Below, one piece after another: positions 36,476-49,142 of a stretch of DNA of 64,000 nt (within the stretch, counting starts at the first letter, position 1; every line of letters begins with the position of its first letter). The stretch is taken from contig OZ024763.1 in assembly GCA_964016885.1 (NCBI GenBank), positions 21,142,001 through 21,206,000 on the forward strand. The letters are read 5' to 3'. Below the pieces are notes generated by a model. The model worked only from the letters and a program-made list of their open reading frames with translations, was not told where the DNA came from and ran no database searches. This DNA comes from Eledone cirrhosa. Its lineage: Eukaryota. A program made the translations under genes and the position numbers.

Positions 36476-36884
36476 TTATTACCATTATTATTATCAATAT
36501 TATTATAATTATTATTATTATCAATGCCATGCTTATTCATATTAATATTAATCATCATAAAATTGTGTTATTCAATAGTACCAATACCAATACTAACAAC
36601 AACAACAACAACAACAATAACAGCAGTAATAAAAATAATACTAATATTCTTCTATGACTTTTTGAGGATTATGCCAAGAATATAAACACTCAATAGTTTT
36701 GAATTTTCAAACTTCATCCTGATGGATCATTTTGCCTGAAGTATCTTGATATTTTATACGAAACAATTTGGCAAAAGTTTTCCTTGAATGTTTATTTCCA
36801 AATTTGATGCTTTCTCTTTATGTATTCTGGAACACTGCCAAGGTAAAACTGTTCTCTTATATTGGAATTAATCAATAGCTATAC

Positions 36885-37539
36885 AGATAGAGATAGAGAT
36901 AGATAGATAGATAGAGATAGATAGAGAGAGATAGATAGATAGAGAACTAGAGAGCTAGTGAAGTCTGTGTGGAGAGAGAGGGAGAGAGAGAGAGAGAGAG
37001 TGAGATACTTCTAGATAGAGAACTAGAGAGCTAGTGAAGTCTGTGTGGAGAGAGAGAGAGAGAGAGAGAGAGATACTTCTAGATAGAGAACTAGAGAGCT
37101 AGTGAAGTCTGTGTGGAGAGAGAGAGAGAGAGATACTTCTAGATAGAGAACTAGAGAGCTAGTGAAGTCTGTGTGGAGAGAGAGAGAGAGAGAGATACTT
37201 CTAGATAGAGAACTAGAGAGCTAGTGAAGTCTGTGTGGAGAGAGAGAGAGATACTTCTAGATAGAGAACTAGAGAGCTAGTGAAGTCTGTGTGGAGAGAG
37301 AGAGAGAGAGATACTTCTAGATAGAGAACTAGAGAGCTAGTGAAGTCTGTGTGCAGAGAGAGAGAGAGAGAGATACTTCTAGATAGAGAACTAGAGAGCT
37401 AGTGAAGTCTGTGTGGAGAGAGAGGGAGAGAGAGAGATACTTCTAGATAGAGAACTAGAGAGCTAGTGAAGTCTGTGTGGAGAGAGAGAGGGAGAGAGAT
37501 ACTTCTAGATAGAGAACTAGAGAGCTAGTGAAGTCTGTG

Positions 37540-37573
<34 letters not shown>

Positions 37574-37681
37574 CTTCTAGATAGAGAACTAGAGAGTTAG
37601 TGAAGTCTGTGTGGGGAGAGAGGGAGAGAGAGAGAGAGAGATATTTCTAGATAGAGAACTAGAGAGCTACTGAAGTCTGTG

Positions 37682-37717
<36 letters not shown>

Positions 37718-37860
37718 CTTCTAGATAGAGAACTAGAGAGCTAGTGAAGTCTGTGTGGAGAGAGAGAGAGAGATACTTCTAGATAGAGAACTAGAGAGCT
37801 AGTGAAGTCTGTGTGGAGAGAGAGGGAGGGAGAGAGATACTTCTGGATAGAGAACTAGAC
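36885..37860. repeat. About 60-bp minisatellite with variable (GA)n, ~15 copies
   Basis: Unit gatacttctagatagagaactagagagctagtgaagtctgtgtg(ga)n. Confidence 0.95.
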
Positions 37861-38729
37861 TAGAATTTCAGAATGGTAGTGGTGGTGGTAGGGTGAAATA
37901 AAGAGTCAGAAAGCTCTGTTTCTGTTTTGAGGTTGAGGTGGGGGAGGGGCGGGAGGTAAATATGACAAAAAGAAAAAAAAAATTAAACGAAACCAACCAC
38001 TAAAAGAAAAAAAGACAGAAAAGCAAAAACAAACAACAACAACAATAATGATAATAATAACAAAAACAAAATGAACAACAAACAATGGGCAACAACAATG
38101 AAGTTGTTATTTTTGCATTGACCTTTTCGATTTGAATAGCTGTCATTGTTATGATGGGAAAAGAGGAGGCTATTGGTGATTGGTGGTGGAAGGGGTGGGG
38201 TCGGTTCGATGGAATGATTGGAGGGATGAGGTAGGGGGTAGGGTGGAGAAGAAGTGATTTGCTGAAAGTTACTATATGCATAAGGAAAACTGTATAAATA
38301 GGGTTAGTATTTGCTAGTATTTGTTAGTATTTTGTGAAGTTGATAGGAGTCAGTTATCTCCTATTGTGGGTATGTAGAGGACATTAGAGAAGAGAAAGAG
38401 AAGCTTCTTTCTTTCTTTCTTGTTTCTTTTTCTTTTTCTTCTTCACCCTCTTGAGAAAGAAAGAAGTTAACCTCTCTCTGAGGAATATAGTTGAAAACTA
38501 GTAAACTATAGATTTTGATGTCTCTGTATGTATGTGTGTGTGTATATAAAAGCATATGTTTTGATGATGAAATGTGTACATATGTATATGTTTATATATA
38601 TATATATATATATAAGTATATCTATATAAGTATATATATATATATATATATATATATGTTTATATATATAAGAATATTTATATATATATATATATAAGTA
38701 TATATCTATCTATATACAAGGACACACAT

Positions 38730-38762
<33 letters not shown>

Positions 38763-38890
38763 CATGTAAGCATATATGTTAGCATAATTTGGTTGAAGCA
38801 TTTTATTTTTCGTCTTTTACAATTTTATAACTTCTCCACAATCATCATCATCATCATACGTCTGTCTTACCTGCTAGAAGACATATGCTA

Positions 38891-38921
<31 letters not shown>

Positions 38922-39283
38922 AACAGACTTACAGGCTCATATCTGAACATATAAACTTTTAAATGCATGTATCCAGACACACACACACAAACATATGTAC
39001 ACACACACACACACATATATATATATGCACAGACATAGACACATTTATACATGTGTACTTCATGTGCAGAAATCGGATCACAACCGTTTGATTCATAAGA
39101 ACTCATCCAGGTCTTTCTTGATGATTTCTTACAAATGAGACAGTTCTAGTCTTAAAGAAGCTATTTCTATAATAAAATGAAAATGCCTGTACTTTATAAA
39201 ATGTATTGAGTACCTTTTTTAACTGTGGTTACCTCCTACATACATTGGGAATCCACCTATATATATTTATATATGTATATATA

Positions 39284-39936
39284 CAGTGTATCTTCGCTTA
39301 TCCGGATATCGCTTTTCAGAAATTCGATTTACCGGATGGCTATTTCTATACTACTTCCGGATGAGGAGGACTTGATTTCGGCAGACGGACAGATTCGGAC
39401 AGCATTTTTTCCGGCGAACGTTACGTCACTTATTCAGCCAACGGACCAGGGAGTTTTGGAGACACTAAAGCGGATTTACAGAAAACAATTGCTGTGGGAT
39501 TTGATTGGAAAAGGGGACACGGGAATGATTCCATTTTTACGTGCGATAAACATGAGGGAGGTGGTTGACCGTTCAGCTGTTGCATGGAAATGGTAGCGGA
39601 ACGACGAGCTTCGGCGCGAAAACAATCTTCTATTTATTCATTTTTATAAAAGTACTAACTTTTTATGGTTTGACTCAATTCAGTTTTACCAAGTTTTTAG
39701 TTATTCTTATGTTTGTTTAATTAATTTTCTTATAAATTCTAGCTGTTCTTTTGTTATTCTAATAAACTTTCTTTACTTAGCATTTGTCTTTTATTTTGAC
39801 TAAAAGAAGCCAAAACATTAGAAACCACCAGCATTATGTAACAATGGGATTTTAGAATTCACTCATCCGGATATTTCACTTAACCGGATCTTTTTCTAAC
39901 TGTTTGGTTTTGACCGTCCGGATAAGCGAAGATTCA

Positions 39937-39939
<3 letters not shown>
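39284..39939 (+). mobile_element. Internally deleted pogo/Tigger-like DNA transposon with DDE transposase remnant
   Basis: TA|CAGTGTATCTTCGCTTATCCGGA...TCCGGATAAGCGAAGATTCACTG|TA terminal inverted repeats; ORF 39225-39596 has FFPANVTSLIQPTDQGVLETLKRIYRK, the pogo-family P.N.TS.IQP.DQG motif. Confidence 0.9.
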
Positions 39940-40009
<70 letters not shown>

Positions 40010-40010
<1 letters not shown>

Positions 40011-40200
40011 GAAAAAAGAACTCCGACGGCTGAGCTCCGGCCGTTTCGACAGTTATTTCTTGTTCAGAAATAACTGTCAAAACGCCCAGAGCTAAGCCAT
40101 CGGGGTCCTGACTCTTTTCCTATTACCCACTCTACTACCCATAGTATTGAGTACTCTGGTGCGTTATGGTCCACCTGGTTCCCTACCACACTTCCTTCGT
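40010..40200 (-). mobile_element. (TA)n-embedded hairpin-ended repeat
   Basis: Homologue of 7338-7475; palindrome 40023-40060 / 40066-40103. Confidence 0.7.
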
Positions 40201-40881
40201 TATATATGTATGTGTGTAGGTAACATGTAACCCCAGTACAACCTGTGCATGGTCGGGTCATCATCGACTTGGTTAGTGATGGTGGTGGTGGTGATTTTGG
40301 ACACCCTGCGGGATGGAAGACAAAACCTGTCAAAATGCGGAAGAACTCGGGAGAGTCAACGGTCATCCAATAAATTTTTTTTTTATTTTGTTTATGAAGC
40401 GAGAGACTCCTAGTCTTCATTAAGACATCTCTCTAGGAGAAAGTCACTCTGGTATAAAACCTGCGACTTTGTTTGCATCGATTTCTACTTTTTGGGCAAA
40501 TGCGTTTGATGTTCAGAGAGTGGGATTGGCCCTGGGCAAAGCCTTTTCTGACTTAAAAATATCAACTGCAAGCATCGCTTGATATGTAACATTTTTTGCG
40601 ATGCATGTTATTGCCGGACATGGGCAAGTCCCTCCCTAGCAGGACTAAAAAGCCATGTCCATGATGCTCATGTTTAAGTATCAATTGATGGCATTACTCA
40701 AAATTGAGTTGCAGCCATCAGGTATGTATGTATGTGTGTATGTGTATCATCATCATCGTTTAACATCTATCTTCCACATATATATCATCATCATCATCAT
40801 CATCGTTTAACATCTATCTTCCACATATATATCATCATCATCATCATCATCGTTTAACATCTATCTTCCACATATATATAT

Positions 40882-41209
40882 CATCATCATCATCATCATC
40901 ATTTCATTTTACGTCCGCTTTTTCCCTGCTTGCAAGGGTGGGACGGGAACTGATTCTGGCTTGATTTCTACAGCTGGATGCCCTTCCTAACACCAACCTC
41001 ATTTACAGTGAGTGCTGGGTGCTTTTTTGCCGTGGCACCTCCACGACCACTTTGCAGTGGAATGATAGGGACTTCATTTCTACAGCTGAGTAAACTGGAG
41101 CAATGTGAAATAAAGTGTCTTGCTCAAGGAAACAACACATCACTCGGTCTGAGAATTGAACTCGCAACCTTTCGATTGCAAGGGTCGAACCACTAAGCCA
41201 TGTGCCTCC
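40882..41209 (-). mobile_element. SINE family A
   Basis: Same sequence as 24559-24892 with small deletions. Confidence 0.9.
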
Positions 41210-41927
41210 TATAAAATACTGGTGCCATGATAAAACTCCCAGTACATGCTGTAAATTGGTTGGTGTCGGGGAAGAAGATATCTAGGTGTAGGAAACCAAG
41301 CAAAATTCGACCATATGAGCAAGATGTGGTCAGCTGACCAGTCTAGCCTCATAACATGACAGCTTGTCTAACCCATGCAAGCATGAGAAATAGACATTTT
41401 AACAGTGCTGCTGCTGCTGTTGCTGCTGCTGATGATGATGATGATGACAATCATGATGTAATCAAAAGCCATTACAGCAAATATATTGATCGAAAGTGAC
41501 TCATGTATATGGTAACAAATCTATTGGTAGCGTGTATATGATGTATCTATGTGTTGTATATATATATACAGTATATATATATGCATCTGTGTGTAGTATG
41601 TATATGGTGTATATGATATATATATATCATCATCATCATCATCACCGTTTTACGTCCGTTCTTCCACGCTAGCATGGGTTAATATATATGTATATATATA
41701 TTGGTAATATGTATATGATGTATCTATATATCTCTTGGTTGTATGTATATAATGTATATATGTATCTATGTGTAGTACGTATAGTGTATATATATGGTAT
41801 ATAATGTATATATGTATCTATGTCTTGGTTGTATGTATATAATGTATATATGTATCTATGTGTAGTATGTATAGTGTATATATATGGTATATATGTATGT
41901 ATGTATCTATGTGTATATGATATGTAA

Positions 41928-42311
41928 TCATCATCATCATCATTTCATTTTACGTCCGCTTTTTCCCTGCTTGCAAGGGTGGGACGGGAACTAATTCTGG
42001 CTTGAATTCTACAGCTGGATGCCCTTCCTAACACCAACCTCATTTACAGTGAGTGCTGGCTGCTTTTTTGTCGTGGCACCTCCACGACCACTTTGCAGTG
42101 TGGGCTGGGTGCTTTTTTGTCGTGGCACCTCCACGACCACTTTGCAGTGGAATGATAGGGACCCCAGTCCTATCATCTACAGCTGAGTAAACTGGAGCAA
42201 TGTGAAATAAAATGTCTTGCTCAAGGAAACAACACATCACCCGGTCTGAGAATTGAACTCACAACCTTTCGATTGCAAGCCCAATGCTCTAACCACTAAG
42301 CCATGTCCCTC

Positions 42312-42312
<1 letters not shown>
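41928..42312 (-). mobile_element. SINE family A with internal ~49-bp duplication
   Basis: gctttttgtcgtggcacctccacgaccactttgcagtg occurs twice. Confidence 0.9.
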
Positions 42313-42361
<49 letters not shown>

Positions 42362-42629
42362 GTGTGTGTGTGTATATATACTGCCTTGGACTTAGGTTAA
42401 TCAAACCTATTATAGAATGTGATTATTTGAGCAAGAGTTCTCTGATATTTTGTACTGGTCAAGCAACTACATATATGTTGCCTTGGCTTGTGTTTGACCA
42501 AGTAGGCAGTACTCATGCACTTAATGCCACAGGAATTTCTATATTTCTTCTCAGTGCACAATAGTTGAGTGGATTGTCTTAATCTCTCAAACAACTGTTT
42601 CACTGAGTTCTAGTGGGAGAACACCGTAG

Positions 42630-42785
42630 ACCCCAGTCCTTATCATCTCATTTCTACAGCTGAGTAAACTGGAGCAATGTGAAATAAAGTGTCTTGCTCA
42701 AGGAAACAACACATCACCCGGTCTGAGAATTGAACTCACAACCTTTCGATTGCAAGGCCAATGCTCTAACCACTAAGCCATGTGT
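42630..42785 (-). mobile_element. SINE family A, 5' half only
   Basis: Head and CORE-like part present; an isolated plus-strand tail lies at 43030-43066. Confidence 0.8.
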
Positions 42786-43327
42786 CTTGTAATGTATATA
42801 TGTATCTATGTGTGATATGTATATGATATATATATACCATATATATATATATGTGTGTGTAGCATGTATATGATGTATATATGTATGTATATGATGTACA
42901 CACACACATACATATATACATCATATACATGCTACACACACATATATTTATGTGCGTGTAGCATGTATATGATGTATATATGTATGTATATGATGTACAC
43001 ACACACATATATATGATGTACACACACATGCAAGCAGGGAAAAGCGGACGTAAAATGATGATGATGATATATATAAAAAAATATATACACATCATATACT
43101 TTTTTGACTTGACTCAAAGGGCCCTGAGTAAAAACAAGAGGAGAGAGGAGATACCAAGGGTATTTGGTGGTTATATGTGAAGTGAAATCAAATGACATCA
43201 ACTGGGAATAAAAAACATTGCACTGAGTTTAACACAACAAAACTGAAAACAATTATGGTGTTAAAACCAACAAACTTTCTACTTTATAAATAAAATTCTG
43301 TAGCATCGTAAAACATAAACTTATTTA

Positions 43328-43602
43328 CAGTGGAAGCTTCGTTCATGAACTTAATTCATTAATTCATTCCAGAAGGCCGTTCATCTCTCGAAATGTTCGT
43401 AAACCGAAACTATTTTTTGCCATATGAAATGTTGAAAGAGAAATACAGAGAGAGAGAGAGAGTTTGTGTGTGAAAGACAGACAGATATCACCATAGTAAC
43501 TAACTAAACAGCAAGTGATCCTTTCCTGCTGATACTGCAAGCTTATTGCCAACCATTGTTGCCAGCTTGCATGAGAGGCGTTTGTAAACCGAGGTTCCAC
43601 TG
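43328..43602. mobile_element. pogo/Tigger-type MITE
   Basis: TA|CAGTGGAAGCTTCGTTCA...TAAACCGAGGTTCCACTG|TA. Confidence 0.75.
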
Positions 43603-43631
43603 TATATATGTGTATATATATATATATATAT

Positions 43632-43974
43632 CATCATCATCAGAATCATCATTTTACGTCCACTTTTCCCTGCTTGCAAGGGTGGGACGGGAACTGATTC
43701 TGGCTTGATTTCAACAGCTGGATGCCCTTCCTAACACCAACTTCATTTACAGTGAGTGCTGGGTGCTTTTTTGCCGTGGCACCTCCACGACCACTTTGCA
43801 GTGGTATGATATGGACCCCGGTCCCTATCATCTCATTTCTACAGCTGAGTAAACTGGAGCAATGTGAAATAAAGTGTCTTGCTCAAGGAAACAACACATC
43901 ACCCGGTCTGAGAATTGAACTCGCAACCTTTCGATTGCAAGGCCAATGCTCTAACCACTAAGCCATGTGCCTCC
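43632..43974 (-). mobile_element. SINE family A, full length
   Basis: A/B boxes, CORE-like segment and RTE-type tail. Confidence 0.9.
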
Positions 43975-43977
43975 ATA

Positions 43978-44243
43978 CAGTGGAGCCTTGGTTTACAAAT
44001 GCCTCTCATGCAAGCTGGCAACAATGGTTGGACATATATATATATATACATCATTATCATTGCTGTCGTTATCGTTTAATGTCCTTCTTCCTCGCTAGCA
44101 TGGGCTAGATGGATTTGTCCCATTTAAAGGCAGGTTGGGTCGGCTGAAATGTTTTATGTTTGGAAAAATTGTTCGTGAACGAAGGCATTCATGTGAACTG
44201 AGGCAGTCATGAACCGAGATGTTTGTGAACCAAAGTTCCACTG
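43978..44243. mobile_element. pogo/Tigger-type MITE containing a SINE-tail insert
   Basis: TA|CAGTGGAGCCTTGGTTTAC...GTGAACCAAAGTTCCACTG|TA. Confidence 0.7.
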
Positions 44244-44635
44244 TATATAATAATAAGTAGAAGCTATAGAAAAATCTTTGTTTCTATATCAAATAGATTA
44301 GAAATGGATATGAAAAAGAAATGAAAGATAATGATGATAATGATAATAATGATGATGATGGTTTAAGTGGTTTTAATTTTTCCTTTTGATTTGATGTTTG
44401 ATTTTTTGACAAAAAACATCAAACGTATTTTAACAAACAGTCAATGTAAGTGATAGATTAAATATATATATGTATAAAACCAAAATTATCAACACAAACG
44501 AACGCACTTTTGAGGGAAATATGATTGATATCAATATGTTATTAACTTCAATTATGAGTTAAGACTGTATTAAACTTACTATAACCCCTTTCTTTTATTG
44601 TTTCTTAATTTTAATGAGCCAGGTTTATTAATTAA

Positions 44636-44853
44636 CCCTTTAGCATTTAAACCAGCCATATCCGGCCAAAATTCTCTCTCCTCTCTCTGGTCAAATCGGC
44701 TGTAACTAGTTGCTCATACTTATGTTAAGGTATTGTTCTCAAAATAAATATCAAAATCTTATAGATGCAATATTATATAAGATAATTATGTAAGATAAAG
44801 CCTTTACCACGAAAATACAATGGTAAATATAGAGTAATGTAAATGCTAAAGGG
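44636..44853. mobile_element. piggyBac-type MITE
   Basis: TTAA|CCCTTTAGCATTTA...TAAATGCTAAAGGG|TTAA. Confidence 0.9.
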
Positions 44854-44984
44854 TTAATAGTTAGAGTAGAGTATTAGATGACTGTGTCTTGCTCATACTG
44901 TACCGATTTTGGCTTGGTTTCTATGCCTATATACCCTTCCCAATGTCAACCACATTTACAGTGTGGTCTGGGTGTTTTTACATA

Positions 44985-45650
44985 ATAATTGTTTCTACTT
45001 TTGGCACAAGGCCAGCAATTATCCCAGTACATTACTGGTACTTTATTTTATCGACCCCGTAAGGATGAAAGGCAAAGTTAACCTCGACGGGATTTCAACT
45101 CTGACCGTAAAGAGACGTAGCTATGCTGGAAAGCATGGTGTCTGACGCTTTACCTATACTGCCAATCCACCGCCCATAATAATGATAATGATAAAGGTGT
45201 GCTTACTGGGAACAGCAAGGACCCTCCAATACGTCCTGAATATCTGAAGCTGCAGATAGTGGCTCCATGTTCATTTGGGAAAATTTTCCAGTTAAATAAC
45301 ATGATATCAAATTCAAATGTGATAATAATAATATCAAATTCAAATGTAATAATAATAATATCAAATTCAAATGTAATAATAATAATAATAATGGTTTCTG
45401 ATTTATGCACAAGGCCAACAATTTTTTTGAGGAAGGGGAAAATCAATTAAGTCAACACCAGTGCATTACTGGTACTTCATTTTATCAACCCCATAAGGAT
45501 GAAAAGCAAAGCTAATAATAACGATAATAATAATATGATAATAACGATAATAATATCTTGGTGTAATTTGAATTCAGAATGTAAAGAGCTGGAGCAAATG
45601 TTGTAAAGCTTGTTAGCCGATGCTCTACCAATTCTGACAATCCAGCCTAT
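44985..45650. mobile_element. Two SINE B copies (-) around an R4/Dong-like 3' end (45193-45300, +)
   Basis: KVCLLGTARTLQYVLNI-stop between TAA-rich tracts; SINE B motifs on either side. Confidence 0.7.
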
Positions 45651-46213
45651 TATAAGAGTACATAATACAACTTCATATACTTATATGCAAACATGCACAT
45701 AAATGCATACACACAAACATACATACACATACACATGCAAATAAACATGTTCAAACATGCTTATGAAAACTCAAGCTGAAGCATACCCATGAAAACACTC
45801 ATACTAATGTAAAACACACACCACACACACACACACATACACAAGCACACAACACACACATATACACATGTTCACAGACAAGACATCACATGTGTGTATA
45901 TCTATGTAAAAGCACATACATCTAGACATATGTAAGCATATACGGATACATACACACATGCAATCAATCAGATCGCTTACCGAGTGAAGTGGAACTCATC
46001 AGATCGGACCAAGGAAACAATGTTTCCTTTGGTCTTTCCAATTGCTGATACTATCTACTTTCTACTGATCAGAACTTCTGTCAGAAAAAATGTGAAATAA
46101 AGTGTCTTGCTCAATTACATAATGCATCAACCGGTCCAGAAATTGAACTAATAACTTCATGATTGTTAAACCAATTCTCTAACCACTCAGCCACACATGC
46201 AATTATACATATA

Positions 46214-46408
46214 CGATGGTCAGCTGAAAGGTGATAGGCTGGCTACGGAGGAGTGATGCTAATTCTGTGAAATCTCGCATGCATTAATTTCAACTCTACT
46301 TATTAATAACTGCATTGTTTCTTTTTAAGGACTGAGTTGAAAAATTAACTTCATTTGGTCATTCCATGAGAGTATCTTGGTCAGCCTATGAACTTGTCAG
46401 CCGACCCT

Positions 46409-46454
<46 letters not shown>

Positions 46455-46659
46455 AGGGTTGGCGGAAAATTTCATAGGTTGACTATGAGGGTGTGATGCT
46501 AGAGCTGTGAAGTCTTGCATGCATTAATTTCAATTTCAACTCTTCTTATTAATAACTGCATTGTTTCTTTCCAGGGACTATGTTGAAAAATAACCCCTCT
46601 CATTCGGTCATTCCATGTGAGTGTCTTAGTCAACCTATGAACTTTTCAGCCAACCTTCA
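46214..46659. mobile_element. Two tandem mariner-type MITEs (46214-46410, 46453-46659) separated by (TA)n
   Basis: Termini caagggttggcggaaaatttcataggttgac / gtcaacctatgaacttttcagccaaccttc with TA flanks; internal sequences homologous. Confidence 0.8.
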
Positions 46660-47039
46660 TATATAAATCATTAGAAATATTTATAACTTGCTACTGTTAG
46701 TTCTACTAAAGCCTTTAATCCAGTTCCTGGTTACTTCCTTGTCTTTGATAAAAATCATCTCATTAGCTAGCTTTGTGTTTAATTAATAAGCCACTTTACT
46801 GCTAAAACTAAAACAACAACAAAGCACCCCCCCCCCCCCTCAAAAAATATATATAATAAAACAAAGAACCAAAAACAAAAATAAAGCCACCCCCTCCTAA
46901 AAAGTGAAAAAAACCGTATACAACCACAACCACCACCAATAACCCCCCCCAAACAACAACACTAACGGTAGCAACAACAACAAAGCAACCCGACCCCCCA
47001 AAAAAAAACTCACTACCACCACTACAAACACCAACAACA

Positions 47040-47650
47040 ACAACTACTCCCCCAAGGAAAAACCCCACTACCACCATTACCACCAACTATTCCCCCACAA
47101 AAAACCCACTACCACCACTACAAACACCACCAACTACTCCTCCTCGAGAAATAAACACCACTACCACCACTACACACACCACCAACTACTCCCCCCCGCC
47201 AAAAAAAAAGACCCACTACCACCACATAAACTACTCCCCCAAGAAATAAACACCACTACCACCACTACACTCAACACCACCAACTACTCCCCCAAGAAAT
47301 AAACACCACTACCACCACTACACTCAACACCACCAACTACTCCCCCAAGAAATAAACACCACTACCACCACTACACTCAACACCACCAACTACTCCCCCA
47401 AGAAATAAACACCACTACCACCACTACACTCAAGACCACCAACTACTCCCCCAAGAAATAAACACCACTACCACCACTACACTCAACACCACCAACTACT
47501 CCCCCAAGAAATAAACACCACTACCACCACTACACTCAACACCACCAACTACTCCCCCAAGAAATAAACACCACTACCACCACTACACTCAACACCACCA
47601 ACTACTCCCCCAAGAAATAAACACCACTACCACCACTACAAACACCAACA
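47040..47650. repeat. 53-bp C/A-rich minisatellite
   Basis: Unit caccaccaactactcccccaagaaataaacaccactaccaccactacactcaa at 47381, 47434, etc. Confidence 0.95.
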
Positions 47651-47834
47651 ACAACATCAACAACACAATTCTCAACATATTGTATTTGTTTATCATTTCA
47701 GATCATTTGTTTTGTATGGCAACAAAAATCTGATCAAAAACCCCGCCTGAATTTGTTTACACACCAGCAGTTGTACTGTTATCACAGACACCATGTATTT
47801 AAACTGAGTAGATAGTACATCAGGCTATTTTAGG

Positions 47835-47873
47835 ATGATCACCAATCTACTTGGTCTTCTACAATTGTTTTTG
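47835..47873 (+). CDS. Possible first coding segment (MITNLLGLLQLFL) at the end of candidate exon 47702-47873
   Basis: Acceptor tttgtttatcatttcag (47701), donor TTG|gtaagt (47874), non-repetitive 172-bp exon, aggATG start and hydrophobic peptide; no downstream exon identified. Confidence 0.35.
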
Positions 47874-48599
47874 GTAAGTGGAAACTTTTGTTTACATATT
47901 CATCTCTTCATTTATATATATATATATATATATATACACATGTGTTATATATATATATATGTATATATATATTTATATGCATGTGTGTGTATATATATAT
48001 AGTTTTGGACTTTATATACATATATATATATATATAAATAATCTCATTTATTTATCTATCAATTTTGTTTCATTATTTTTATTTCTTTTATTTGCAATGT
48101 AATATTATATCATTACAACATTCAAGTAAAAAAAACGAAAAAACAAAACAAACAAAACCCAACTAAAAACCAAATGTCTGAAAATGAAATTTTGATTCAT
48201 AAGAAAATAAGTGAAGCAGAAACAGAGAAGGCCATAAAACTTCTCTAATATATACTCTTTATGAAGAGTTAAGCAATATAATATTGGTATTTTATTATAT
48301 ATTTCATTCTGATTATCTTAGCTTTTATTTTTATTTTTTAAAACATTGTTTCTTTTGTTCTCTGTGTAAGAAATTATTGTAATATGACGAGAAAAGAAAG
48401 GAATTCACGTATCAATATATTTAAATCATTTCATTCTTTTATATTATTTTATATCATTGTTATTGTTGTTATTATTATTATTATTATTATTATTTTTTTA
48501 TTTTTATTTTTTTTATTTATTTATTTATTTATTTTTTTTTTTTATTGATGTCTCAGTCGTTGATGTTATTAAACCAGAATAATTGTCCTAATGAATATC

Positions 48600-48880
48600 A
48601 ATCTGCTACTTGCAGCCTCAGCTCAGATATTCAGGACGTATCGGAGGGTCCTTGCTGATCCCAGCAAGCATGCCTTCTGAAGTGTTCCAAAAAAGGGGGG
48701 CTGGACTAATGTTCTTTAAAATCCTTGAAAATTCTTCAAGATAGTTCCTAGTGCTCCTTTGACAAGATCTCATGACAGTCCCAAATACTTTTTAATTCCC
48801 ACTTTAAATCCTGGTATCGGTTAATTTTCTCCTCCTTTTTTTGCACTCTTATGTCAAAGGGACAGGCTACATCTACAATC
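48600..48880 (-). mobile_element. R4/Dong-like LINE 3' fragment (restriction-like endonuclease)
   Basis: IVDVACPFDIRVQKKEEKINRYQDLKWELKSIW...GALGTI...LQKACLLGSARTLRYVLNI-stop. Confidence 0.8.
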
Positions 48881-48939
48881 ATTATTATTATTATTTTTAT
48901 TATTATTATTTTTAAAATCATTATTATTTTTATTAATAC

Positions 48940-49132
48940 GGTGGTGGTTTGGCAGTATCGGTAGAGGGTCGGACAACATGCTTTGTAGCACAGAGTTACG
49001 CCCCTTTCTGATCTGAGTTCAAATCCTGCCGAGGTTAACTTTGCCTTTCATCCTTACAGGGTCGATAAAATAAAGTACCAGTAATGCACTGGGTAATTGC
49101 TGGCCTTGTGCCAAAAGTAGAAACAATTATTA
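48940..49132 (+). mobile_element. SINE family B, full length
   Basis: ggtggtttggcagtatcggtagagg...ctgagttcaaatcctgccgaggttaactttgcctttcatcc...ggccttgtgccaaaagtagaaacaattattatt. Confidence 0.85.
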
Positions 49133-49142
49133 TTTTTATTAA

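Noticed and set aside
36700-36845. Coding-looking unique stretch (KLHPDGSFCLKYLDILYETIWQK)
   Set aside because: In-frame stops on both sides and no suitable splice acceptor.
43900-43974. tRNA genes at SINE heads
   Set aside because: A/B boxes are present but run straight into the SINE body; no complete cloverleaf could be supported.
45975-46035. Minus-strand CTGATGA next to hairpin gaccaaggaaac/gtttcctttggtc
   Set aside because: No UH cleavage triplet or helix I in the required order.
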